Below are positions 55,784-64,000 of a stretch of 64,000 nt of DNA, piece after piece. How positions within the stretch are numbered: the first letter of the stretch is position 1; each line of letters starts with the position of its first letter. This DNA comes from Candidatus Sericytochromatia bacterium (lineage in GTDB: Bacteria; Cyanobacteriota; Sericytochromatia; S15B-MN24; VGJW01), in contig JAYKHS010000003.1 in assembly GCA_035285865.1 (NCBI GenBank), positions 1 to 64,000 of the forward strand, written 5' to 3'. Both the position numbers and the translations under genes were made by a program. The notes under the pieces were generated by a model. The model was not told the origin of the DNA. It ran no database searches and saw only the letters and a program-made list of their open reading frames with translations.

Positions 55784-57017
55784 CTCGATCCTCACAAAGG
55801 GCAAGAGCCAAGGCAGCATAGCCCAGGGCAGCATTCGCCACAGCTCCCAGGGACACCCGCTCCCCGGGCGTATGGGAAGTGGCTTCCTCGCCGGGACCGT
55901 AGCCGATGGTCGGCAGGCCCAAGGCACCGGCGGCATAGGAACCGTCCGTCCCGAAAGCCCACTTGTCGAGCCGTGGTTGCTGGCCGACGCCCCGAAGCGC
56001 CTCCAGCGCGCGCCTGACCATCGGATGGTCATCGCGGGTGAGCCACGGGGCCATGACCTTGGGCACTTCACGGACGAGGCCGGTCCATGTCGTCTCGACC
56101 TCCTCGCGGATGCGCACGTCCCCGAGGAAGGACGGATCCCGTTGGCTAACCTGGCTCAGGATGGTCCGCATCTGCCCCACGACGGCATCGAGGGACTCGC
56201 CTGGCAAGTAGCGACGGTCGATGGTGGCCACGCATCGATCCGGAATGCGGCTGCCATCGGCCGGCCGGGTGGCGAGGCCCGTCAGGGCCACGGTACTGCG
56301 TTCGAGCAGCGGGTGACTGGGCAGGGCACGCTGCAACTCCTCGACGGCCTCAATCACCGGCATCATCTTGTGGGCTGCATTCTGTCCCAGCCACGGCACG
56401 CTCGCATGGGCCGTGCGACCGTAAGTCTCGATCTCGAGTTCCGCCCGACCGCGATGGCCCAGATGAACCGCGAGGCCCGTCGGGTCTCCCAGCACCACCA
56501 TGGCGGGGCGGATGCCCAGATCCGGCAACGTCTGCTCCAGCAGATGCTGGGACCCCAGACAACCCGCCCGTTCGGAGTGCACCACGGCGGCAAACACCAA
56601 ATCGCCTGTGGGCCAACCCTCCTCGGCCAGAGCAGCCACGGCCTCAACCTGCGCCGCCATCGCCCCTTTGCAGGAGGCCACCCCCAGCCCGTGCAACCAG
56701 CCGTCGCGCACCTCCCCCGAATGGGGCGAGACCGGCCACGACTCGGACGCGCCGGCAGCCGCAGTGTCGAGGTGAGTCGCCAGAACCAGCACGGGCCCCG
56801 GCCGAGCCCCCTTCAGGACGTGTACCACGTTGCCCGCACGGTCGATACGCGCACCCTCGAGGCCACGGGCCGCAAGCATCGCCACGAGTGCCTCCGCCAG
56901 CACGCCCTCGGCACCCGTCGGGCTGGGGATCCGAGCAAGGCTGACGACGAGCGCCTCGAGGCGGTCGCGTCGTTCCGCCAGACGCCGTGCCACGCGGGCT
57001 CCCAGGTCGTCGCTCAT
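55773..57017 (-). CDS. M20 family metallopeptidase-like protein (YgeY-like), metal ligands degenerate
   Basis: THLDT, GHRGRAE, GRTAHASVPWLGQNA, FGTDG, GYGPGEE..SHTPGE; GVASCKG and VHSER replace GxxDxKG and EE. Confidence 0.8.
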   Translation of the reverse strand: MSDDLGARVARRLAERRDRLEALVVSLARIPSPTGAEGVLAEALVAMLAARGLEGARIDRAGNVVHVLKGARPGPVLVLATHLDTAAAGASESWPVSPHSGEVRDGWLHGLGVASCKGAMAAQVEAVAALAEEGWPTGDLVFAAVVHSERAGCLGSQHLLEQTLPDLGIRPAMVVLGDPTGLAVHLGHRGRAELEIETYGRTAHASVPWLGQNAAHKMMPVIEAVEELQRALPSHPLLERSTVALTGLATRPADGSRIPDRCVATIDRRYLPGESLDAVVGQMRTILSQVSQRDPSFLGDVRIREEVETTWTGLVREVPKVMAPWLTRDDHPMVRRALEALRGVGQQPRLDKWAFGTDGSYAAGALGLPTIGYGPGEEATSHTPGERVSLGAVANAALGYAALALALCEDRDGD

Positions 57018-57081
57018 GACAGGCGAGGATAGCACCCCTGCCATGTCCCGGCCAAGCCCGGAGGAAATGCAGGACCAGCCC

Positions 57082-57111
57082 TTGACGGACTCTGAATGAC
57101 GGCTTTACACT
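57082..57111 (+). promoter_or_regulatory. Sigma70-type promoter of the infC operon
   Basis: TTGACG-N18-TACACT. Confidence 0.7.
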
Positions 57112-57117
57112 GATTGT

Positions 57118-57224
57118 CGAAGTAGAAGGCCCACCTTCTCGCCTGGCGACTCATCGCCCAGGCCAACACTGCGAGTTCTCGCGGTACGTCAGGCAGGTGG
57201 AGCACCACCTGCCTTTTTGTTTTG
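57118..57224 (+). ncRNA. L20 leader (ribosomal-protein autoregulatory attenuator)
   Basis: AAGTAGAAGGCCCACCTTCTCGCCTGG...CCAGG followed by terminator AGGCAGGTGG-agca-CCACCTGCCT-TTTTGTTTT, directly upstream of infC-rpmI-rplT. Confidence 0.8.
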
Positions 57225-57252
57225 CACCCACCCCTGCTTGGAGATTCCGACC

Positions 57253-57855
57253 ATTCTGAGGGACAGCACCCTGTTGAACGAGCGCATCCGCGCCCGTGAG
57301 GTCCGCACCATCGACGACGATGGCGCGCAGCTCGGCATCCTGCCGACCCGCGAAGCCCTGCGGATCGCCCAGGAGAAGGGTCTGGACCTGGTGCTTGTGG
57401 CGGCAGACGCCAATCCTCCCGTCTGCAAAATCATGGATTACGGTCGCCACAAGTTCGAACAGGAAAAGAAGAATCGCGAGGCACGCCGGAAGCAGCACGT
57501 CGTCAGCCTCAAGGAGGTCACGCTTTCCTACAAGATCGGCGAGCATGACTATCAGGTCCGCTTCCGGGCCATCCAGCGCTTCCTGCTGGAAGGCGACAAG
57601 GTCAAGGTCACCATCCGCTTCCGTGGCCGCGAGATGCAGCACCAGGCGCTCGGCATCAACGTGCTGATGCGTTTTGCCCGCGAGTTGACGGACATCTGCA
57701 CCATCGAGCGCGATCCCCGCCAGGAGGGCCGCACGCTCTTCCTGATCCTGGCCCCCAAAAAAGGCATCACTCCCGAAAAGCGTGATGCCGTCAAGCAGGA
57801 CAAGGCCGTTCAGGCCGCGGCACCTGCCGGTCCCTCCGGGGACCTTGTTCCCTAA
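57253..57855 (+). CDS. infC: Translation initiation factor IF-3 (probable ATT start)
   Basis: NERIRAREVRTID, LDLVLV..ANPPVCKIMDYG, GDKVKVTIRFRGRE; GGAG 9 nt before the in-frame ATT. Confidence 0.95.
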   Translation: MLRDSTLLNERIRAREVRTIDDDGAQLGILPTREALRIAQEKGLDLVLVAADANPPVCKIMDYGRHKFEQEKKNREARRKQHVVSLKEVTLSYKIGEHDYQVRFRAIQRFLLEGDKVKVTIRFRGREMQHQALGINVLMRFARELTDICTIERDPRQEGRTLFLILAPKKGITPEKRDAVKQDKAVQAAAPAGPSGDLVP

Positions 57856-57878
57856 GCCCTTTTCCCAAGGAGCATGTC

Positions 57879-58088
57879 ATGCCGAAGATGAAGACTCACC
57901 GCGCCTCCGCGAAGCGTTACAAGACCACGGGTTCGGGCAAAATTGTCCGCCGCACCTCTTTCCGCAAGCACCTGCTCGTCGACAAGTCGGGCGCCCGTCT
58001 CCGCAGGATCGGGGACGAGCAGGAGGTCTCGAAGGCCGATGAGGCTCGGGTCCGCAGTGCCCTGCCCTACATCAAGTACACCCGCTGA
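57879..58088 (+). CDS. rpmI: 50S ribosomal protein L35
   Basis: MPKMKTHRASAKRYKTTGSGK. Confidence 0.97.
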   Translation: MPKMKTHRASAKRYKTTGSGKIVRRTSFRKHLLVDKSGARLRRIGDEQEVSKADEARVRSALPYIKYTR

Positions 58089-58132
58089 TTTCCCTCTTCC
58101 TGTTCTCGCTTTCTTCCTAAGGAGACTCGACC

Positions 58133-58504
58133 ATGCGCGTCAAGCGTGGCAATGCCAACCGTCGCAAGCACAAGAAGGTCCTGAAGCTCGTCCGCGGCCA
58201 TCGCGCGGGCACGAGCAAGCTGTTCCGCACGGCCAACCAGGCGATGATGAAGGCCCTGCGGTACATGTACCGCCACCGTCGGGAGCGCAAGAGCGACTTC
58301 CGCAGCCTGTGGATCCAGCGGATCAACGCGGCGGCCCGCATCAATGGCCTGAGCTACAGCCAGATGATCCACGGCCTGAAGCTTGCCGAGATCGCCGTCA
58401 ACCGCAAGATGTTGGCTGAACTCGCCCTGACTGATGCCGGCGCGTTCACGGCGCTCGCCAACCGGGCCCGTGAAGCCCGCGCGGCAGCTGTCAAGACGGC
58501 CTGA
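58133..58504 (+). CDS. rplT: 50S ribosomal protein L20
   Basis: [35 protein letters not shown]. Confidence 0.97.
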   Translation: MRVKRGNANRRKHKKVLKLVRGHRAGTSKLFRTANQAMMKALRYMYRHRRERKSDFRSLWIQRINAAARINGLSYSQMIHGLKLAEIAVNRKMLAELALTDAGAFTALANRAREARAAAVKTA

Positions 58505-58518
58505 AGCCCGAGCAGACG

Positions 58519-58554
58519 ACAGGTCCCCTGCACCGGCTGGTGCAGGGGGCCTGT
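58519..58554. terminator. Hairpin after rplT
   Basis: ACAGGTCCCCTGCACC-ggct-GGTGCAGGGGGCCTGT, between convergent genes. Confidence 0.75.
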
Positions 58555-58579
58555 TCCTTGGCGGATGATAGCCTGGTGC

Positions 58580-59461
58580 TCAGCTGTCGTCGCCTGGATT
58601 CTCGGGCGGCGGTGCCGGGGAAGGCAGGATGATCGGAGGCTCTTCCGGAACGGGCTCCACGATGTAGCGGATGACCTCGAGTTTCAAGCCGGCACGGATG
58701 ACCTCGCCACTGATGGCGTCGATCGCAATAACGGTCATCTGCGTCTCGAGCCCGTCCAGAAAGGCCCAGACGGGACCGATGACCAGCGGCCGGATCAGCA
58801 CGGCCGCCTTGGCGAGACCATCACCCGAATACCCGGCACGCCGGGCGATGGCATAGGCCTCGTGGGCATCGATGCCGAAGTCGTCCTGCACACCCTGCAG
58901 GAAAGGTGAGCCCCTATCCATGCGTCGGGAGATCTCCTCGTGGTTGCGGCTGATCCACGGCTGCAGGCGGAAGGCCTGAACGAGGCTGCGCCGAACGGCC
59001 GGCGAGTAGTGGACGTGTTGGACCTCGGAGAGGGACTTCAGGCCCTTGAAGCCCCAGGCCACATAGACCTGCCGAGCGTCACGATGCCACGCCCTTGCCA
59101 CCGCAGAAGCCCGTTCCTGGCTATGCTTCGGCTGTACCTGAACGGTGCGCGCCGGGGAACCGCTCTCCCCGACCTCACCCTCCGGGTAGCGGATCAGGCC
59201 ACCGGCCTGCTCCCGGCGCAACGCCCCGTACAGATCCGCGACCGGATCCGTGGGCCCGACGCGGAATGCCGGCAAGCCATCGGCCACCGGAAGGACCTCC
59301 CGAGTCGCCCCCGAGCCAACCGTGAGTGCCAGTTCCAGCGGGACGACAGGGCCCACGTGCTGCGACGGGACACCAGCGACTGCAGACATGCCCAAGGGCA
59401 CCGCCCGGCCGCAGCCGACGGCAACGCCGCAGCACAACAAGCCGGAAACGACCCAACGCAT
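58580..59461 (-). CDS. Hypothetical lipoprotein
   Basis: MRWVVSGLLCCGVAVGC lipobox; C-terminal IAIDAISGEVI is PepSY-like. Confidence 0.65.
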   Translation of the reverse strand: MRWVVSGLLCCGVAVGCGRAVPLGMSAVAGVPSQHVGPVVPLELALTVGSGATREVLPVADGLPAFRVGPTDPVADLYGALRREQAGGLIRYPEGEVGESGSPARTVQVQPKHSQERASAVARAWHRDARQVYVAWGFKGLKSLSEVQHVHYSPAVRRSLVQAFRLQPWISRNHEEISRRMDRGSPFLQGVQDDFGIDAHEAYAIARRAGYSGDGLAKAAVLIRPLVIGPVWAFLDGLETQMTVIAIDAISGEVIRAGLKLEVIRYIVEPVPEEPPIILPSPAPPPENPGDDS

Positions 59462-59535
59462 GGCCTTAGTTTACCGCATCTTAACTGCTGCTTCAAGGTG
59501 TCGTGACACCCTCGCGGAGTGTGAAAGCCCGGCAC

Positions 59536-62500
59536 ATGGGGCAAAATCAGGACATGGTCTGCCCGGGCTGCCAGACGCCCCACGTCCCGACCGCTGCCTT
59601 CTGCGGGCACTGCGGACGTCGGTTGGCCACCTCAGGCCAGCACGCGCGACGGGCTGCCGACCAAAGCCCCCTCGCCCTGCTGGGCGTCCATTGGCCCGAT
59701 GCCTTCAGCATCCACGAGGCCGCGCACGTGCTGGGTCTCTGGGGCGGCACGATGGAGGCCTCGCACGACGGACGCATCCTGGCCTCGTTCGGACGCCCCA
59801 ACCCGCGGGAGGACGATCTGCGCCGTGCGGCCGCAGCCGCACTCGACCTCATGGCACGGCGCGCACGCTGCGAGATCGGCACGCCCAAAGCCTACCTGAT
59901 GCATGGCAGCCTGCCGCGTGCCGTCCCCTCGCTTGCCGAGACAGCGCTGGGTCAGGAAACGCTCCAAGGCCTCGAGCAGGTGCAGGACGGCCGAATCGGC
60001 ATGCCGGGCCGGACGGCGCGCCTCGTCGAGGCCAACTTCGACGCGGAGCAGCACGAGGGCGGGGACATGCACTGGCTGGAACCGGGCCAGCGCCGCATGG
60101 ACCCGGACCGTGTCGCGACCCTTCACGGGCGAGAAGCGGAACGCCGGAAGATCGAGGGCATGGCCACGGCGTGCCTCGCCGGCCACCCGCAGGTCTGGAT
60201 CGTCACCGGCCCGGAGGGCTCGGGAAAGTCCCGATTGGTCGTCGAAGCCCAGGCCCGGACCAATCGCGAGGCCCTGTCGCGGCTCATCTTGATCCGCGTG
60301 CACAGCCTGTCGCCCGACCGCAGCCACGGCCTGATTCGCGACCTTATTCACCAGATCATGGCCGATCCCGACACAGGCAACCCGTGGCCCTCGGCGGCGG
60401 CCTTCGGCAAGCAGTGGCCAGATGCCCACGCCGAGTTCCTGTGGCCCATCCTGCGCAATGTTTCCCAGTTGGACAGTCCCTCCCCCGAACAGGTCCAGCA
60501 AGTCCTGCCCCACCTCACCCGTTTCCTTTGGGAAGCCACGCGCCATCGCCCCCTGCTGCTCGCCGTGGACAACATCGAGTGGACGGACGCTCTCTCGTGG
60601 GGCTGGTGGCAACAATTCCTTCAAGCAACCCCGTCAGCGGGACATCGTCTCTGGATCATCCTGACCAGCACCCAGAGGTTCATCCTGCCGGAGACTGGAC
60701 TCGACCTCACGGTCACCAACCTGCAACCACTCTCGGAAGCCGAGTCCTTGGCTTGCCTCGCCAGTGCCCTTGGCCTGGACCCTGCCCAGGATTCCTGGCC
60801 CGCTCGGATCCTGCCCGTGCTGCGTGAAGGTGTGCGGCATGCCGGGGGCAACCCGCTGTTCCTGCGGGAATTGGCCTTCGATCTGCTCGCGACCGGCACG
60901 ATCTCATACGGCCCCGATGGCTGGCAGGCCCGAGAGACTCCAGCGGGGGAGTCGCTCGTGCCCGAGAGCCTCTCGGCCCTGCTGCGGGCCAAGGAAGCCA
61001 GGTTGCCTCCAGCTGCCCGGCAGACGCTGGCAACGGCCGCCGTCATCGGGACGCGCTTTGCGTGGGAGGACCTCGAGGATCTGGTCGGCCGTGAAGTCCT
61101 TCCCGACATCCTGCAGACGCTCGTGGACGCCGGACTGCTGGCAGTCGAAGGCAATGAGGTCTGCTTCCGGCAGGAAGCCCTGCGGACGCTGGCGGCCGCG
61201 GCACTGACCGAGGAGCAGCGGCAGACCATCCGGCGCCAGTTGGCCAATCGGCTGATGGCACGCCAACAGGAACAGATGGAGGAGCTGGACGGTCGCATCG
61301 CCGACCTGCTCGAAGAAGGCGGCGCCCTTTCCGAATCGGCGGAGTGGGCCCAGAAGGCCCTCGCTCTGGCCACGGGCCGACAGGAATGGGGCGAGGCACT
61401 GCGTCGCGCCCACCAGATCGTGCGCTTGGCCCGAACGCTGCCGGACACCTCACCGGAGGACCTCCAACGGGCCACGCGCGATGTTGCCACACTCGAACTG
61501 CAAGTGGGCAGCGTGGGAGAAGCCGAGCGCCTCTGGCAAGCGCTGCACGACATGGCTCCCATCGCGCAGCGTCACGAAGCCCGCACCCAGCTGGCCCGGA
61601 TAGCCGGTATCCGTGGCGACTTCGACCGAGCCCTCGCGTTCGCCGAGGAAGGCCTCGCGGTGGCCGAGTTGCTGGGGCAAGCCGGCAACCAGGTCAAGTT
61701 CCTCATCGAGCTGGGACAACTCGCTGTCCAGCAGGAGCGATGGGACGTGGCCGAGGCTGCCTGCAACAGGGTGGTCGGCCTGGTTCCCCCGGACAGCACC
61801 CATAAGGAGGCCGGAGACCTGCTGGTGCTGCGTGGCAAGCTCGACCTGCGCGCGGGACGCGGGGAGCCAGCGCTCGCAGCCGGCAGGGCGGCCCTCGACA
61901 TCTTCGAGTCGCAGCGGGAGCCCGACGCGATGGCCGAGGCCTTCCAACTCATTGCGCTGGCCCATCGGGCCACCGGGAATGCCACGCAGACCCAGAGAAG
62001 CCTGCGCCAAGCCATGCATGCGGCGCGGGACACGTCCGTCGTGCGTGAACTGGGGCTGTTGATGGCGAGCCTCGCGCTCGAGGAGGGTGACACCCCCACG
62101 GTGCTTGAACTTGATGACAACTGGCTTCTTGCTACCGGTTCGGGTCGCCTCGGACGAGAGCACCTGCTCTTGGGCACGGCGTGGCTCTTCGCTGGCATGC
62201 GTGATCCGATCCGCATCCATCTCGAGGGTCCTTTCGAGGGGCGTGCCGAGGATCTTGCGGTCCTGCACGCCATCCAGGCCATCGCCAAGGCGGAATCCGA
62301 CGACATGCCCGGCGCCACCCTCTCGGTGAGACACGCCCTCCAGAAGGGCACCGAGGTCGAAGGCCGTGCGCCCTTGGCTCGGGCGCTCGCTCTGGGTGCC
62401 GCCGGGCACGTCGCTTTCGTTGCCGGTGAGTACGAGCCCGCCGTGCGGCACCTGAGCGAAGCGCGGGCCGCTTTGCCGGCCCCCCCGCACCCGGTCTGGT

Positions 62501-62730
62501 CCCTGTGGTTCGACGTCCTCTACGGCATCAGTTTGCAGACACTCGGCAGCCCGCTGCCCTTCCTGCCCGAGGACCTTTCGGTTCGCGCCAGCCAACTTCG
62601 CGTGCCGCTGACGCTGGAACCCTACTGGACCATGCTGCGCGGGGGATTCGGAACGCAGGCCGAGGAATTCACGGAGTCGTTCACGGCTTGGGATGCTAGC
62701 ATGCCGGCATGGACGATCGGGAACGACTGA
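59536..62730 (+). CDS. Zinc ribbon + degenerate class III cyclase + STAND AAA ATPase + TPR protein
   Basis: CPGC..FCGHCG; ILASFGRPNPREDDLRRAAAAALDL; LHGREAE, GPEGSGKSRL, LLLAVDNIEWTD, GGNPLFLREL; helical repeats at the C-terminus. Confidence 0.85.
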   Translation: MGQNQDMVCPGCQTPHVPTAAFCGHCGRRLATSGQHARRAADQSPLALLGVHWPDAFSIHEAAHVLGLWGGTMEASHDGRILASFGRPNPREDDLRRAAAAALDLMARRARCEIGTPKAYLMHGSLPRAVPSLAETALGQETLQGLEQVQDGRIGMPGRTARLVEANFDAEQHEGGDMHWLEPGQRRMDPDRVATLHGREAERRKIEGMATACLAGHPQVWIVTGPEGSGKSRLVVEAQARTNREALSRLILIRVHSLSPDRSHGLIRDLIHQIMADPDTGNPWPSAAAFGKQWPDAHAEFLWPILRNVSQLDSPSPEQVQQVLPHLTRFLWEATRHRPLLLAVDNIEWTDALSWGWWQQFLQATPSAGHRLWIILTSTQRFILPETGLDLTVTNLQPLSEAESLACLASALGLDPAQDSWPARILPVLREGVRHAGGNPLFLRELAFDLLATGTISYGPDGWQARETPAGESLVPESLSALLRAKEARLPPAARQTLATAAVIGTRFAWEDLEDLVGREVLPDILQTLVDAGLLAVEGNEVCFRQEALRTLAAAALTEEQRQTIRRQLANRLMARQQEQMEELDGRIADLLEEGGALSESAEWAQKALALATGRQEWGEALRRAHQIVRLARTLPDTSPEDLQRATRDVATLELQVGSVGEAERLWQALHDMAPIAQRHEARTQLARIAGIRGDFDRALAFAEEGLAVAELLGQAGNQVKFLIELGQLAVQQERWDVAEAACNRVVGLVPPDSTHKEAGDLLVLRGKLDLRAGRGEPALAAGRAALDIFESQREPDAMAEAFQLIALAHRATGNATQTQRSLRQAMHAARDTSVVRELGLLMASLALEEGDTPTVLELDDNWLLATGSGRLGREHLLLGTAWLFAGMRDPIRIHLEGPFEGRAEDLAVLHAIQAIAKAESDDMPGATLSVRHALQKGTEVEGRAPLARALALGAAGHVAFVAGEYEPAVRHLSEARAALPAPPHPVWSLWFDVLYGISLQTLGSPLPFLPEDLSVRASQLRVPLTLEPYWTMLRGGFGTQAEEFTESFTAWDASMPAWTIGND

Positions 62731-63023
62731 TTCGCCAGGCTCTCTCGGAAATCGAACCGGACGAGTCCGAGTGGAAACACTTTGCCGTCCTGGCCGCCGA
62801 CGCCACGACGTGTCCCGAGACCGTGATCCGCAAGTTTCTGAGCCGGTCCCCGAGACCCTATCCGGTGCCCGTGGAGTCCGTGGTCTACACGGTCCGTCAT
62901 CTCGCCGGAGCAAAGGTCGTCTTCCTCGACCTGCGTCCGGTCGACCGTCTCTACCGCAAGATCGAGCAGGCATTCGGCGAGGCTGGCGTACCCTCCGCGC
63001 CGCGGGGCTTTTTCCGGACCTGA
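62709..63023 (+). CDS. Small hypothetical protein
   Basis: 104-aa ORF overlapping the upstream stop and 1 nt from the next start. Confidence 0.6.
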   Translation: MDDRERLIRQALSEIEPDESEWKHFAVLAADATTCPETVIRKFLSRSPRPYPVPVESVVYTVRHLAGAKVVFLDLRPVDRLYRKIEQAFGEAGVPSAPRGFFRT

Positions 63024-63024
63024 G

Positions 63025-63864
63025 GTGGCGCACGAGTCGGCAAATCGCCCCGGTATCCTGGAGACACTGTGGGGTGCCTCCAACAGGGCGACCTGGGGCA
63101 TCAGGGAACGACTGGCCTTCCGCAGGCGAGTCCGCGGGGTGCGTCCGGTCCCGAGAGGCGACCTGCTGCGGGGGCTGGCGGATCCCGAACGCGCGGCCCT
63201 TCATCTGGACACGTGGCTTTCCCCTCTGGGGATCGACGCCACCCTTCTCACCGCCGAGGCATCGTGGGCCCGAGACGCCTTGGACATTCTCGCGGCCCTC
63301 GAGGTGGCGATTGCCTGCCTGCCTGGCCCCTTGCCCGATCCCCTGCGCGTCGCGGACATCGGCGCCAAGACCTGGCATTACATCCGCGGAGTCCACGCGC
63401 TGCTCTCACGCGGGCCGGCCGGCCCGCGCCGCGTGGCCTTGACCGGCCTCGAGATCGACGCCTTCCGCGTCTACCGGGATTTCCACTCGCGCTGGGACTG
63501 GGCCCACTGGCATGCCGCCCCCTGCCCGGGCAGCAGGTACCTTGCGCTGGATGCCCTCGCGTTCCGTGAACCTCAGGATCTGGTACTGCTCTTCCTGCCG
63601 ATCCTGTTTCTCGAGGAACACCTCGACTGGGGGCTGTCGCTGGGACAGTACCGTCCGGAGGCACTTTTCCGGCACGCCCGCATCCTCGCCGGGGCCCGGG
63701 GTCACGTGGTGATGCTGAACTTCGCCTATGAGGAACCACTGCTGGACCGCCTGGCCGAGGCACAGGAAGTCCCGCCCTTGCTGCGAGTTCCGGCGCCCGC
63801 CGCCCTCGAGGAAGGCGAACTCCCGCGCATCTTGACGGTCTGGCCGGGCCTCCTCGCAACTTGA
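63025..63864 (+). CDS. Putative SAM-dependent methyltransferase-fold protein
   Basis: LRVADIGA, LTGLEID, YLALDA, DLVLLFLP follow the Rossmann methyltransferase motif order. Confidence 0.6.
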   Translation: MAHESANRPGILETLWGASNRATWGIRERLAFRRRVRGVRPVPRGDLLRGLADPERAALHLDTWLSPLGIDATLLTAEASWARDALDILAALEVAIACLPGPLPDPLRVADIGAKTWHYIRGVHALLSRGPAGPRRVALTGLEIDAFRVYRDFHSRWDWAHWHAAPCPGSRYLALDALAFREPQDLVLLFLPILFLEEHLDWGLSLGQYRPEALFRHARILAGARGHVVMLNFAYEEPLLDRLAEAQEVPPLLRVPAPAALEEGELPRILTVWPGLLAT

Positions 63865-63947
63865 CCGCAGCTTTACCCAGTCGTTACCGAACAGAGCCGG
63901 GAACTGGCGACAAGAGACTTACCCCCCACTGGTTGGCGAGTCTGAAC

Positions 63948-64000
63948 ATGCAGCAATTCTGGATCACGGCCGAGTTGGACGACGCGACGACGCTGTCCCG
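63948..64000 (+). CDS. 5' end of a gene truncated by the window edge (MQQFWITAELDDATTLS...)
   Basis: ATG at 63948 with an open frame to the edge. Confidence 0.4.
   Translation, partial: MQQFWITAELDDATTLS

Noticed and set aside
61450..63396. 648-aa minus-strand ORF
   Set aside because: Shadow across three plus-strand genes.

Overview
A GC-rich (about 70% in lines I counted) bacterial chromosomal segment, densely coding and mostly housekeeping: rnz, comM-like, miaA-dapF, dapD-dapE-aminotransferase, csaB-tagA-ftsE-ftsX, nrdJ, acyP, ABC1 kinase, yggS-sepF-proC-yggT, namZ, valS and infC-rpmI-rplT. It also carries a heavy-metal RND pair and many envelope or peptidoglycan proteins. The mix of Terrabacteria-type genes (sepF, csaB, L20 leader) with diderm features (RND, porin-like gene) suggests a non-photosynthetic Cyanobacteriota relative such as Sericytochromatia; this is inference only. 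The clearest accessory element is an AT-rich insert (about 32.1-35.0 kb) encoding one 862-aa protein with an N-terminal HEPN-like RNase motif fused to a NACHT/STAND NTPase, a candidate NLR-like antiphage system, flanked by a decayed DUF4351/Rpn-like remnant. Other highlights are a protein made only of four tandem MshEN c-di-GMP modules heading the csaB-tagA-ftsEX operon, a second stand-alone MshEN protein before comM, and a 987-aa signal-less peptidoglycan-binding protein behind a sigma28-like promoter. There is also a degenerate-M20 / orphan-kinase / Fur operon, a STAND protein with a pseudo-cyclase domain, and a recurring leaderless-mRNA signature. No rRNA, tRNA, CRISPR array or intact transposase was recognised. 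All family calls come from motif recognition by eye, without database searches. Many start codons were adjusted from the supplied ORF track.
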